This document shows, piece by piece, positions 17,786-27,888 of a stretch of 64,000 bases of DNA. The stretch's first letter is position 1. Every line of letters starts with the position of its first letter. Under the pieces are notes generated by a model that saw nothing but the letters and a program-made list of their open reading frames with translations, had not been told where the DNA came from and did no database searches. Position numbers and translations under genes: made by a program. This stretch comes from Christensenellaceae bacterium (GTDB lineage Bacteria > Bacillota > Clostridia > Christensenellales > Borkfalkiaceae): assembly GCA_045614185.1 (NCBI GenBank), contig JAZLCJ010000016.1, forward strand, positions 11,384-75,383, read 5' to 3'.

Positions 17786-19312
17786 ATGGTGATAAATTTG
17801 GAAAAAATAGCAATTATTGATTTAGGATCGAATACAGCAAGATTACTTTTAGTAGACGTTAAAGAAAACGGTCATTTTCAAATAGTTGATCAACTAAAAG
17901 AAGCCCCCCGTTTAGGCGAAGGAATGGAAAGGGACGGTTTTTTAAAGCCTGCAAGAATTCAAGAAACTATTAAAACTCTCAAAATGTTTAGAAAACTTTG
18001 TGACGTTAATGGTGTTGAAAGAATTATTGCGGTTGCTACTGCAGCGGTTCGCCGTGCAAAAAACCAAAGAAGTTTCCTTGATGAAGTTTCAGCTACTTGC
18101 GGAATTAAGCTCCGTGTTTTAAGTGCAGAAGAAGAGGCTGTTTACGTTTATAAAGGGGTTATTAACACTATGGATATTCCAAAAGGTTTAATTTTGGAAA
18201 TCGGTGGCGGTAGCACTAAGATTGTATATTATAACAGACGTAACCTTCTTAATTATGAAACACTTCCGTTTGGAGCAATTACGCTTACTGAACTTTTTGC
18301 AGGTGATGGCTTAACACCTGCTGAACAATCACAAAAGATTGAAGAGTTCTTTACTGAGCAATTAAAGCAAATTGAGTGGCTTAAAGACGTTGATCCCGAA
18401 GTTCAAATGATAGGTGTTGGCGGTTCGTTTAGAAATCTTTGCCGTATGACTAAGATTATGAAAAAATATCCGCTTAAGTCTATTCATAATTACGTTGTTA
18501 ATGATACAGACTTTGAACACGTTTATGATTTGCTTAAGAGTCTTGATCTTGATAGAAAGAAAAAGATTAAAGGTCTTTCTATTGGAAGAGCAGATATTTT
18601 ACCGAGTGCGCTTGCAGCAGTTTCAGCGTTTAAGAAGTACTTAAACCTTGATAAGATTGTTATCAGCGGTAGCGGATTAAGAACTGGTATTATGTATAAC
18701 TATGCAGTTCCTACTACTTTGGATAAGCCTATTTCTGACGTTTTAACCTTTAGCTTAAATAATATCGTTGATTTCTTCGGTTGTGATCTTAAGCATACTG
18801 AACAGGTTGTAAACTTATCAGTTCAATTATTCAAACAACTTCGCGTTCTTCATAAATTCCCAAGACAATACCTTAAAATATTAAAGGTTGCCGCATATAT
18901 GTACGGTACGGGTAAGTCAGTTGGTTTCTATAATTATGAAAAACACTCTGGTTACATTATTCTTAACTCAAATATTTACGGCATAAGTCATAGAGACTTG
19001 GTAATGGCATCATTTGTTGCATCAAATACTGCTATTGAAGATATTAATCCGTTTGATTGGGCAAGATATCGTGACTTAGTTACTGATGAAGACGTAGATG
19101 CTGTTAGAAAGATGGGTATCATTTTGAGAATAGCAAGTTGTCTTGATAGAAGTTTATCTTCTGTTGTTGCTGGTATCAATTGTGATATTTTAGGCGACTC
19201 AGTAATTATGAAAACTGAAGTAACAGGTGATGCAACTTTAGAAATTAATTCCGCTATGGAAATTGGTGCTGATTTTAGAAAGATTTTTAAGAAAAATCTT
19301 GAAATACTTTAA
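17786..19312 (+). CDS. ppx: Ppx/GppA-family exopolyphosphatase / pppGpp phosphohydrolase
   Basis: ASKHA N-terminus IIDLGSNTARLL and EIGGGSTK, plus a C-terminal HD-like domain. Confidence 0.8.
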   Translation: MVINLEKIAIIDLGSNTARLLLVDVKENGHFQIVDQLKEAPRLGEGMERDGFLKPARIQETIKTLKMFRKLCDVNGVERIIAVATAAVRRAKNQRSFLDEVSATCGIKLRVLSAEEEAVYVYKGVINTMDIPKGLILEIGGGSTKIVYYNRRNLLNYETLPFGAITLTELFAGDGLTPAEQSQKIEEFFTEQLKQIEWLKDVDPEVQMIGVGGSFRNLCRMTKIMKKYPLKSIHNYVVNDTDFEHVYDLLKSLDLDRKKKIKGLSIGRADILPSALAAVSAFKKYLNLDKIVISGSGLRTGIMYNYAVPTTLDKPISDVLTFSLNNIVDFFGCDLKHTEQVVNLSVQLFKQLRVLHKFPRQYLKILKVAAYMYGTGKSVGFYNYEKHSGYIILNSNIYGISHRDLVMASFVASNTAIEDINPFDWARYRDLVTDEDVDAVRKMGIILRIASCLDRSLSSVVAGINCDILGDSVIMKTEVTGDATLEINSAMEIGADFRKIFKKNLEIL

Positions 19313-19316
19313 TATA

Positions 19317-19352
19317 AAAAACGACGCTGTGCAAGTCACGGCGTTTGTTTTT
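19317..19352 (+). terminator. rho-independent terminator (imperfect stem)
   Basis: AAACGACG...CGCCGTTT with one mismatch, followed by a T-run. Confidence 0.5.
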
Positions 19353-19372
19353 CTATTGCTTTAGGAGTTTGT

Positions 19373-20377
19373 ATGATTTCTAATAAACTTGCTATCGACT
19401 TTGATAGTGTTTATACTAATATTTTCGTTTTGGGTAGTGGTCTTGTTTTAAGTGAACCTACCGTTGCGGCTGTAAGTCAAGATGGTAAGAAGGAAGTTAA
19501 GGCTGTAGGGTTTGAAGCGAAAAAACTAATGGGCAAAACTGCAAAAAACACTAAAATTGTTTTTCCCGTATTTGAAGGTGAAATAGTAAATGAAAGTGTT
19601 GCTGAGGGGTTGCTTAGTGCTTTCTTAAAAAAAATTGAATTAAAAAATGGTATTTTTGGAAGTCACGCATTATTTTCAGTTCCGTGTGGCGTTACTGGTG
19701 ATATAATTTTCAAGTTAAAAAGCGTAGCACAAAATAGTGGTATTTCTAACGTTTATTTTGTTGAATCGCCATTACTTGCGGCGCTCGGTCAAAGGGTTAA
19801 AATCACTGAATCAACACCGTGTTTTGTGATAGATATGGGCGGTGGTGTAACAAACGTTGCTGCTGTTTCACTTGACGGTGTAATTGCAGGCGTTTCCGTT
19901 AATTTTGGTTACAATAAAGTTAGTACGGATATTATTGATTTTATAGCGGAAAATTATGGATTGCAAATAGGTTTATCTACTGCAGAACGCTTAAAAGACG
20001 ATATTGGAAGTTTGGATATGTATGACGCATTATCTACAGTTGTTAGTGGTAGAGATGTTGTTACTGGTGCGCCAAAATCAATTAATATTAAAGCTAACGA
20101 TATTTTTGTTCCTGTTAAAAAATATTACGAAAGAATAGCGGAAATTGCAACCGCAGTTTTAGGTAAATTACCGCCTGAAGTTAGTGCGGAAATTCGTAAA
20201 GCTGGTTTTTATGTTTCTGGTATAGGTAGTTGTGTTCATGGCTTAAAAAATTTCTATAAAGATATTTTTGAAATGGATATTAATATCTCTGAAAATGCAA
20301 AGTCTGTTGTTGCTCTTGGCGGAGGGCTTGTTTTAGGAGATAATAAACTACTTAAAAAACTTTCAATTCCTATTTAA
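19373..20377 (+). CDS. divergent MreB/Mbl-like actin-fold protein
   Basis: Aligns by eye along its whole length to MreB (SEPTVAAV, VPCGVT, ESPLLAALG, IDMGGGVTNVAAVSLDG). The phosphate-1 motif reads IDFDSVYT rather than the canonical IDLGTANT. Confidence 0.7.
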   Translation: MISNKLAIDFDSVYTNIFVLGSGLVLSEPTVAAVSQDGKKEVKAVGFEAKKLMGKTAKNTKIVFPVFEGEIVNESVAEGLLSAFLKKIELKNGIFGSHALFSVPCGVTGDIIFKLKSVAQNSGISNVYFVESPLLAALGQRVKITESTPCFVIDMGGGVTNVAAVSLDGVIAGVSVNFGYNKVSTDIIDFIAENYGLQIGLSTAERLKDDIGSLDMYDALSTVVSGRDVVTGAPKSINIKANDIFVPVKKYYERIAEIATAVLGKLPPEVSAEIRKAGFYVSGIGSCVHGLKNFYKDIFEMDINISENAKSVVALGGGLVLGDNKLLKKLSIPI

Positions 20378-20393
20378 TTATTAAAAATACAAA

Positions 20394-20441
20394 ATACCAC
20401 GTTGTTTGATTAAATTAGTCAAATTGCGTGGTGTTTTTTTA
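20394..20441 (+). terminator. rho-independent terminator
   Basis: ACCACG...CGTGGT long imperfect hairpin followed by T7. Confidence 0.65.
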
Positions 20442-20467
20442 TTTAAAATAACGTTGAGAGGTGTGTT

Positions 20468-21253
20468 ATGGCGCGTAAAATTGTTGTAACTTCTGGTAAG
20501 GGTGGTGTAGGTAAAACTACAATAACTGCTAATTTGGGTTGTGCGCTTGCAGAAATGGGGCAAAAAGTTGTTTTAATTGATGCCGATTTTGGGTTAAATA
20601 ATCTTGACGTTGTTATTGGGGTTGAAAATAAAATTGAATACGATATTGTTGACGTTATTGATGGCAGATGTAGGCTAAATCAAGCGTTAGTTAATACTCA
20701 AGAACGAAAAAATTTATTTGTTTTATCATCGGGTAGTGGTGTTAATCCTTGTATAACTGGACAAAATCTTAAATTAATAGTAGAAAAATTGTGTAAATAC
20801 TTTGATTATATTTTGATTGATTGCCCTGCGGGTATTGATTTAGGGTTTCATAGAGCGATATCTTGTGTTGATGAGGCAATTGTTGTTACTACTTCAAATA
20901 TTACAAGTTTAAGAGACGTTGATAAAGTGGTTTCAGTATTAAAGAGTTATAAATTAGATAAGATAAGTTTGGTGGTAAATAAAGTTCGTGGAGATTTAAT
21001 AATTGATAGAAAAATGATGACACCTAAAGATATAGAAAAAATAATAAAAATTGACTTAATTGGTGTATTGCCTGAAGAAGATTGTATGTTTTTGTCAAAT
21101 GGATTTTCCTTGCCAAAAAGAAGTGATTCTATTAAGGCGTATAAATTTTTTGCTAATAATATACATAGAAGTTCAAAGAAAATTTTTGATGCGACTTTTA
21201 AGTATTCTGGTTTTTTTGGCAGTATAAGAAAAAGGATTAAAAGTAGTGTATGA
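20468..21253 (+). CDS. minD: septum site-determining ATPase MinD
   Basis: Deviant Walker A SGKGGVGKTT and a C-terminal amphipathic helix. Confidence 0.9.
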   Translation: MARKIVVTSGKGGVGKTTITANLGCALAEMGQKVVLIDADFGLNNLDVVIGVENKIEYDIVDVIDGRCRLNQALVNTQERKNLFVLSSGSGVNPCITGQNLKLIVEKLCKYFDYILIDCPAGIDLGFHRAISCVDEAIVVTTSNITSLRDVDKVVSVLKSYKLDKISLVVNKVRGDLIIDRKMMTPKDIEKIIKIDLIGVLPEEDCMFLSNGFSLPKRSDSIKAYKFFANNIHRSSKKIFDATFKYSGFFGSIRKRIKSSV

Positions 21254-21492
21254 AGAAAGTTGAAAAAAGTGAAATGATGCGTGTTCAAACCGTCCTTGAA
21301 AAGGATAGGCTATTTGTGGGGCAAGGGTTTGAAGAGCTTATGATTTCAGATTTGAAAAAATTACTCACCGATTACTTTGATTTTTCAAAAGATATTCAAT
21401 ATGAAATAACAAAAGAAAAAGGTGAATATAGGGTAAACGTTTCTTTGATCGCAAGTAGAATAAAACCATTAAATACTATAATAAAAGATTAG
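21250..21492 (+). CDS. minE: cell division topological specificity factor MinE
   Basis: Overlaps the minD stop by 4 nt. Pattern LEKDRL...LKKLLTDYF...V.V.L matches MinE. Confidence 0.7.
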   Translation: MKKVEKSEMMRVQTVLEKDRLFVGQGFEELMISDLKKLLTDYFDFSKDIQYEITKEKGEYRVNVSLIASRIKPLNTIIKD

Positions 21493-21588
21493 TTAAACCC
21501 TATTGAAAATTAAGTTGATTATGTTTGACATAATACAATTAATTTAAGATGCGATAATATTTGTTTAATTTAAACTGTATTTTATGCT

Positions 21589-21621
21589 AAAAAGATGCGT
21601 TTTTTATGCGTCTTTTTTTTT
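21589..21621 (+). terminator. weak A/U-rich hairpin terminator after minE
   Basis: AAAAAGAUGCG / UGCGUCUUUUU with two G-U pairs, followed by a T-run. Confidence 0.45.
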
Positions 21622-21642
21622 GCTTTCTTAAAGCGTTTTTCA

Positions 21643-21671
21643 TTGACAATATACTTAATAATTAGTATAAT
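21643..21671 (+). promoter_or_regulatory. perfect consensus sigma-A promoter TTGACA-N17-TATAAT (tyrS)
   Basis: Read directly from the sequence. Lies 35 nt upstream of the tyrS ATG. Confidence 0.75.
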
Positions 21672-21705
21672 TATTAAAATAATAATAAGTAAAATGAGGT
21701 TTGTT

Positions 21706-22920
21706 ATGAACAAAAACGTATTTGACGTATTAAAAGAAAGAGGCTTTATTAAACAAACAATTTTTGAAGAAGAATTATATGAAAAATTAGGTACGGAAAG
21801 CGTACCTTTCTATATTGGCTTTGATCCCACAGCGGATAGTTTACACATCGGACATTATATTCCTATTATGGCAATGGCTTGGATGCAAAAATATGGACAT
21901 AAACCCATTGCATTATTTGGTGGTGGTACCGGTATGATTGGTGATCCTTCTGGTAGAAGTGATATGCGCCAAATGATGACCAAAGAAACCATCGCACATA
22001 ATATTGAATGCTTCAAAAACCAAATGTCAAGATTTATTAGTTTTGAAGGTGAAAACGCTGCTGTTATTGCAAATAATGCGGATTGGTTACTTAGTCTTAA
22101 TTACGTTGACTTTTTGCGTGATATTGGTGCTTACTTTTCAGTTAATAAAATGCTTACTGCTGAATGCTTTAAGCAAAGAATGGAAAAAGGTCTTACTTTC
22201 TTAGAATTTAACTATATGCTTATGCAAGGTTATGACTTCTTGTATCTTAATCAAAAATATGGTTGTATTTTGGAAGTTGGTGGTGATGATCAATGGAGCA
22301 ACATGCTTGCAGGTGTTGACCTTATTAGAAGAAAGGAAAAGAAGAGTGCCTTCTGTTTGACTTGTACTTTGCTTTTAAACAGCGAAGGTAAAAAGATGGG
22401 TAAAACCCAAAAGGGTGCACTTTGGCTTGATGAAAATAAATGTTCTGTATACGATTTCTATCAATATTTCCGTAACGTTGAAGACGTTAAGGCTGAAGAA
22501 TGTATGAGACTTTTGACCTTTATGGAAATGGATGAAATTAAAGAACTTACTAAGTATAACGATGAAAGAATGAATCTTGCTAAAGAAAGACTTGCGTTTG
22601 AAGTTACTAAACTTGTTCATGGCGAAGAAAAGGCTTTAGAGGCTCAAAAACAGGCGCGTGCAGCGTTTGGCGGTGGTAATGTTGCTGATATGCCTACTGC
22701 TGAAATTGAAGGTTCAATGTCAGTTGCTGACCTTTTGGTAACCGTTGGACAAGCTAAGTCTAAAGGTGAGGCTAAGCGTCTTATTGAAGGTGGTGGCGTT
22801 TCTATTGATGATACTAAGATTACCGACCCGTTTGGTGCTATTCCTGAAGATGCTGTTATTAAAAAAGAATTTATTCTTCACAAAGGTAAAAAAGTTCACA
22901 TTAAAGTGATTATAAAATGA
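21706..22920 (+). CDS. tyrS: tyrosine--tRNA ligase
   Basis: HIGH motif (SLHIGH), KMGKT (KMSKS-like) and a C-terminal S4 domain. GAGG RBS before the ATG at 21706. The track's N-terminal extension from 21595 runs through the terminator and promoter. Confidence 0.9.
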   Translation: MNKNVFDVLKERGFIKQTIFEEELYEKLGTESVPFYIGFDPTADSLHIGHYIPIMAMAWMQKYGHKPIALFGGGTGMIGDPSGRSDMRQMMTKETIAHNIECFKNQMSRFISFEGENAAVIANNADWLLSLNYVDFLRDIGAYFSVNKMLTAECFKQRMEKGLTFLEFNYMLMQGYDFLYLNQKYGCILEVGGDDQWSNMLAGVDLIRRKEKKSAFCLTCTLLLNSEGKKMGKTQKGALWLDENKCSVYDFYQYFRNVEDVKAEECMRLLTFMEMDEIKELTKYNDERMNLAKERLAFEVTKLVHGEEKALEAQKQARAAFGGGNVADMPTAEIEGSMSVADLLVTVGQAKSKGEAKRLIEGGGVSIDDTKITDPFGAIPEDAVIKKEFILHKGKKVHIKVIIK

Positions 22921-23543
22921 GTAAAGCATACTTTACCGTAAAAAATGAAACTGAAAATTTAATCGTAATAGAGCGTTCTAAGTTTATTTGTAATATTAAA
23001 GGTGTTACTGATGAAGACGATGCTAAGGCGTTTATTGAAAGCGTAAGAAAGAAACATTCTTTAGCAAACCATAATTGCTATGCTTATATTGCAGACGATA
23101 AAGGGCTTATTCAAAAGTTTTCTGATGATGGCGAGCCACAAGGCACGGCTGGACTTCCTATGTTAGAAGTCCTTAAAAACAAAAAGATGTATAAAACCGT
23201 TGCTGTGGTTACGCGTTATTTTGGCGGTATTAAACTTGGTACGGGTGGGCTTACGCGCGCTTACGGTGGTTCTGTTAGTGAGTGCTTGTCTAAAGCAGTA
23301 ATACTGGATATGCAAGAATCAAATTTTTTGCATATTAATCTTGAATACGAGTGGTATTCTAAATTGCTTAAACTTTTAACTACTGCTGAAGTTAGTATTA
23401 TTGGTACTGACTTTAGTAACACTGTTACTGTTGATTTTGCAGTTAAAACTGACAAAACAAAAGATTTAATTGATAAAATTACGGACGTGTTTAACGGTAA
23501 ATTGTTAGTTGAAAATAAGGGGAGCGGTTTTTTCGCATTTTAA
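22917..23543 (+). CDS. yigZ: YigZ / IMPACT (UPF0029) family protein
   Basis: [15 protein letters not shown] and [12 protein letters not shown] motifs. Confidence 0.8.
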   Translation: MSKAYFTVKNETENLIVIERSKFICNIKGVTDEDDAKAFIESVRKKHSLANHNCYAYIADDKGLIQKFSDDGEPQGTAGLPMLEVLKNKKMYKTVAVVTRYFGGIKLGTGGLTRAYGGSVSECLSKAVILDMQESNFLHINLEYEWYSKLLKLLTTAEVSIIGTDFSNTVTVDFAVKTDKTKDLIDKITDVFNGKLLVENKGSGFFAF

Positions 23544-23546
23544 TTT

Positions 23547-24164
23547 ATGCCTAAAATTACTCAAATATCAGTACAAACAAAAAATAAGAATAGATGTAAC
23601 TTATTTGTTGACGGCGAGTTTTTTGCAGGTGTTTCAACTGAGGTTTTATTGAGTGAAAGAATTAAGACTGGCGATGAAGTTGATCGAACAACGCTTGCTA
23701 ATCTTTTGTTTGAAAGTGAAAAAAAAGAGGCGCTTGTTAAAGCCGTTAATTATATTTCAAAAGCGTTAAAAACTAAAATTCAGGTTAGAGATTATCTTTT
23801 AAGAAAAGGGTACTCTGAAGATATCGTTTGGTTTTGTATAGATAAACTTAAAGAATACGAATATATTGATGACGTTGAATATTCAAAGCGTTTTATAAAT
23901 AGCGTATCAAAAACCAACGGTAAAAGGCTTGTAGAATATAAACTTATGGCAAAAGGCGTTAAAAAAGATGATATCGCTTTTGCGTATGAAAATACTGATA
24001 TTGACGCAAAAGAAAACGCAAAAGCAGTTGCAGATAAATATCTTAAAAATAAAGAGCGCACTAAAGAAGTTAAAGCCAAGGCTTATAGATACTTAATAAG
24101 TAGGGGTTTTAGTTATGACGAGGCAAATTTCGCTTTGTCAAACTTTGGTAACGACGAGGATTAG
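23547..24164 (+). CDS. recX: recombination regulator RecX
   Basis: RecX-like three-helix repeats (R.YL..KGYSE..I, RYLISRGFSYDE). Confidence 0.65.
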   Translation: MPKITQISVQTKNKNRCNLFVDGEFFAGVSTEVLLSERIKTGDEVDRTTLANLLFESEKKEALVKAVNYISKALKTKIQVRDYLLRKGYSEDIVWFCIDKLKEYEYIDDVEYSKRFINSVSKTNGKRLVEYKLMAKGVKKDDIAFAYENTDIDAKENAKAVADKYLKNKERTKEVKAKAYRYLISRGFSYDEANFALSNFGNDED

Positions 24165-25601
24165 ATGGAACGAATTTTAAGCGTTAAAGAAATGCGTGCT
24201 GCTGATGAATATACCATAAACGTGCTTGGTGTTGCTGGGGATGAACTTGTTTTCCGTGCAGGTAAAGCGGTTGCAGATGAAATTATTAAGCGATTTCATG
24301 GCGGAAGAGTTTTGGTGTGCATTGGCAAAGGTAATAACGGTGAAGATGGAAAAGTTATAGCAAAGTTATTATCTAATAAGCACGGTTTTACTGTTACAAC
24401 GCTTAACGTTTCAAATGGTATATTTAAGCTTTTTGATAAAAAATACGATATAATAGTTGACTGTATTTTTGGAACAGGATTAAATAGACCAGTTGATGGT
24501 AAGTATAAAACTGCTATTGAGAAAATCAATAGTTCTGGTGCAATAGTTGTTTCATGCGATATTCCAAGTGGGCTTAATGGTGATAATGGGCAAGTTTTAG
24601 GCGTTGCTGTCAAAGCGCAACTTACGGTTGCTATTCAAGAATATAAATTAGGGCATTTTTTAGGTGAAGGACCTGATTATTGTGGTAAAATCATCGCTAA
24701 GGATATAGGAATTAGTATTTGGGGTGATGACTTTGTTAAACGCCTTAACGATGATTCAGTTTCAAAATTCTTTCCAAGGCGCGCACGCCACGTTAACAAA
24801 GGCTGTTTTGGTAAGGCTTGCATAATAGGCGGTAGTAAGAAATATTCTGGTAGCGTATTGCTGTCATCAAACTCTCTTTGTGCTTTAAAAATGGGCGTAG
24901 GGTACGTGAACACAGTTGTTCCTGAAAGTATGTTTGATGCATACGTAGGCAAAGTTCCTGAAAGCATTTTAACGCCTATTAAAGATAAAGACGGCTTTGC
25001 CGTATTAGATGAAAAAACCTTATATTCTTTGCTTAATTATGATGCTATAGCAGTTGGAATGGGTATGGGGTGTGACATAAACACACACGAAATCATTAGT
25101 TATTTACTTGAAAATTATACTGGTAAATTGCTTATTGATGCCGATGGTATAAACTCACTTGCTAAGTTTGGTAAGGATTGTTTAAAAAATAAAAAATGTA
25201 CGGTTATATTAACACCGCACATAACTGAATTTTGTCGTCTTGCAAATAAAGACAAGAATGAAATTGTTGCTGATCCAATATTTTATGCAAAAGAATTTGC
25301 TAAAGAATATGGTGTAATTCTTTTGCTTAAAGACGCTGTTAGCGTTGTAACTGACGGCGTGGAAGTTTATCTAAATACTACGGGAACGCCCGCCATGGCA
25401 AAGGCTGGTAGTGGAGACGTTTTATCTGGACTTATTGCGGGTATTTTAGCAAGAACTAATGAAAGTCTTCTTGCGACTGTATCTGGAGCCTAGTTGTTTG
25501 GTAAAATGGGTGAATACGCTGTAAAAGAGCAGAATGAATATACTGTTGTTGCTACAGATTTAATTAACGTCTTACCAAAAGTTATTAACGATTTAAATTA
25601 G
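24165..25601 (+). pseudogene. nnr: bifunctional NAD(P)H-hydrate repair enzyme Nnr (YjeF_N epimerase + dehydratase), interrupted by an in-frame TAG at 25491-25493
   Basis: The ORF stops at ...ATVSGA*. The same frame then continues LFGKMGEYAV...TDLINVLPKVINDLN*, which is the conserved Nnr C-terminus. The stop sits where an aromatic residue is normally found (as in AVYLHG). Confidence 0.75.
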
Positions 25602-25906
25602 GTTATAAAGTAACCAATACCACCGTTAAATAGTGCCAATACCATATAAATATTCAATACTATAAATATTGGCATCAGAACTACTAAAAATAGACTTTTT
25701 AATCGATACTTAAATATAAACATAAATACGAAAATTCCTGTTGCACCGCCTAAAAGGCCAGTTAGCATAAGTCGGCTGTCGCGAATAGTTTTTTCGTTGT
25801 CTTCTTTATATTCGCTTTCTTTTTTTTGATAGCGCAAAATTAAAACGCCGTAAAGGTTTATTGCTAAAAAATATACGATTGTTATTACGTAAATTATTGT
25901 TGGCAT
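25598..25906 (-). CDS. DUF1294-family small membrane protein
   Basis: R(D/I)SRLMLTGLLGGATG...FKYR pattern. The internal ATG at 25906 avoids overlap with the divergent yitT-like gene. Confidence 0.55.
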   Translation of the reverse strand: MPTIIYVITIVYFLAINLYGVLILRYQKKESEYKEDNEKTIRDSRLMLTGLLGGATGIFVFMFIFKYRLKSLFLVVLMPIFIVLNIYMVLALFNGGIGYFIT

Positions 25907-25958
25907 ATTTATATAATATAAGTATGGACAAATGAATAATAAATAAACATGGTTTATT

Positions 25959-26849
25959 ATGGAAAAATTATCATTTAAGAAAGAATTTTTTAATATGGTT
26001 GTAACAATTGTTGCATCTTTTTTATCAGCGTTTGGCATGCATTTTTTTGTTTTTAACGCAGGGTTTGCCCCCGCTGGTATTGATGGTATTGCAACAATGT
26101 TACAAGCAAAAACTTCTATTAGTGCAGGTGTTTATTCTCTTGCCTTTAATATTCCATTGCTTATTATTGCTTGGTTTATATTAAAAAGAAAATACGTTGT
26201 TTATACTATTATTTTCTCAATATTATCTTCACTTTTGATGATGTTGTTTGATGCTGTTTCTTTTCCGCAGTATGCTGGGATTGAAATGGGTATGAGTGAA
26301 AAATTAGTTTCTGCAGTTTTTTCTGGCCTTATTTTGGGTGTTAGAACTGGCGCAATGTTAAAAATTGGCGCATCTACTGGCGGTGTAGACGTTGTTGCAA
26401 GCATGGTTCAAAAAAAGCGTGCTTATGGTAATATTGAAAGTATTATTTCAATAATTTGTTACGCAATTATAGGCGTGTCTTTCTTTGTTTACGATAATAA
26501 TTTGAACAGTGTTTTGCTTGCAATAGTTCAAATGTTTGTGTTTGAAAAAGCGGCTGGTGTTTTGATGAAAGATACAAGAAATGCTGTTGAGTTTAAGATT
26601 GTTACAAAGCACCCAGAAGATATCAGAAATGATATAATTTATAACCTAAAACACGGCGCAACATTGCTTGATGGAAAGGGAATGTTTACTAATGAAGGTA
26701 ATGCTGTAATTATTTCCGTTGTAAACATTAGGCAAATACCCGAGTTTTTAGATATAATAAAAAAGCACCCCGACACTTTCGTCTATTATTCTGACGTTAC
26801 CGGCGTAAAAGGTAACTTCCGTTGGAATAAAGAAGACGTAGCAAAATAA
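25959..26849 (+). CDS. YitT-family membrane protein (with C-terminal DUF2179)
   Basis: N-terminal FGMHFFVFNAGFAPAGIDGIA plus a soluble C-terminal domain. Confidence 0.75.
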   Translation: MEKLSFKKEFFNMVVTIVASFLSAFGMHFFVFNAGFAPAGIDGIATMLQAKTSISAGVYSLAFNIPLLIIAWFILKRKYVVYTIIFSILSSLLMMLFDAVSFPQYAGIEMGMSEKLVSAVFSGLILGVRTGAMLKIGASTGGVDVVASMVQKKRAYGNIESIISIICYAIIGVSFFVYDNNLNSVLLAIVQMFVFEKAAGVLMKDTRNAVEFKIVTKHPEDIRNDIIYNLKHGATLLDGKGMFTNEGNAVIISVVNIRQIPEFLDIIKKHPDTFVYYSDVTGVKGNFRWNKEDVAK

Positions 26850-26877
26850 TTTTGATAAGGATAGTAAGGAGTTTTTT

Positions 26878-27336
26878 ATGAAATGCATGTATTGTGGTTG
26901 TTTAGACAGTAAGGTAATTGATTCACGCGCGGCTGAAGATGGAACAAATATCCGCCGTCGTCGTGAGTGTATTAGTTGCGGTAAGCGTTTTACGACATAT
27001 GAAACGGTTGAAAATACGCCTATTTTCGTTGTTAAAAACAGCGGTGTAAGACAAGCGTTTGACCCAAATAAGATTCGCGCGGGTATTATTAAGGCTTGTG
27101 AAAAGCGTCCCGTTCCTGCAAGTACTATCGATAAACTTATTGATGATATTCAAAAGAAGATTTATAATTCTTTAGCGCAAGAAGTTTCTAGTAAAGAAAT
27201 AGGTGAAATGGTTTGTGAAGGCTTAAAAGACATTGACGAAGTTGCTTACGTTCGCTTTGCATCAGTTTACCGCTCATTTACCGATACAACTTCTTTTATT
27301 AAAGAACTTGAAAAGATGGTTAAAAAGGATAAATAA
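26878..27336 (+). CDS. nrdR: transcriptional repressor NrdR
   Basis: Zinc ribbon CMYCGC...CISCGKRFTTYE plus an ATP-cone. Confidence 0.95.
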   Translation: MKCMYCGCLDSKVIDSRAAEDGTNIRRRRECISCGKRFTTYETVENTPIFVVKNSGVRQAFDPNKIRAGIIKACEKRPVPASTIDKLIDDIQKKIYNSLAQEVSSKEIGEMVCEGLKDIDEVAYVRFASVYRSFTDTTSFIKELEKMVKKDK

Positions 27337-27351
27337 AAAGGGGATTTACAT

Positions 27352-27813
27352 ATGAATAAATGGGACAAGAGATTTATGGAACTTGCTGAAACTGTTGCAA
27401 GTTGGTCAAGTTGTTATCAAGAAAATAGACACGTTGGCGCTGTCATTGTTAAAGATAAAAGAATATTAACCACGGGTTACAATGGTGCACCAGAAGGTAT
27501 TAAGAGTTGTGCAGAACGTGGTGAATGTTTGCGCCGTGTTAAGAATATTGCAAGCGGAACGATGCAAGAAGTATGCTATGCCGTTCACGCTGAACAAAAC
27601 GCAATTATTCAAGCAGCAAAACTTGGAGTTAGCCTGCAAGGTGCTACTATGTACGTTACGCATCAACCTTGTGTTATCTGCACAAGAATGATTTTGAACT
27701 CTGGTGTAACCACAGTTATCTATAAAAATGGCTATCCTGATGAATTTGCGCTTGAACTTTTTGCTCAGTCTGGCGTAAAATTAATAAAATATTCAGATTT
27801 AGAAAAAAACTAA
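27352..27813 (+). CDS. comEB: dCMP deaminase (ComEB-type)
   Basis: HAEQNA and PCVICTRM zinc-ligand motifs. Confidence 0.85.
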   Translation: MNKWDKRFMELAETVASWSSCYQENRHVGAVIVKDKRILTTGYNGAPEGIKSCAERGECLRRVKNIASGTMQEVCYAVHAEQNAIIQAAKLGVSLQGATMYVTHQPCVICTRMILNSGVTTVIYKNGYPDEFALELFAQSGVKLIKYSDLEKN

Positions 27814-27823
27814 GTAAAACTGC

Positions 27824-27852
27824 TTGCAAAAAAATTAAAAATATAGTAGAAT
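27824..27852 (+). promoter_or_regulatory. sigma-A-type promoter TTGCAA-N17-TAGAAT (tRNA-Ser)
   Basis: Read directly from the sequence. Confidence 0.6.
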
Positions 27853-27888
27853 ATATCATGTTGTGTGAAACGACGTGATATATTTGTT

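Noticed and set aside
21595-21705. N-terminal extension of tyrS from the track start at 21595; similar long extensions at 16730, 17157, 54411, 55115, 32645, 46814 and 12078
   Set aside because: The extensions run through terminators or promoters, or lack an RBS. In-frame downstream ATG or TTG codons with good SD sequences give N-termini that match the protein families.
25491-25493. TAG reassignment or pyrrolysine as the explanation for the in-frame stop in nnr
   Set aside because: TAG clearly terminates other genes in the window (154-687, recX, spoIIIAB). The position corresponds to a conserved aromatic residue one substitution away. No pyl genes are visible here, so a nonsense mutation or sequencing error is more parsimonious.
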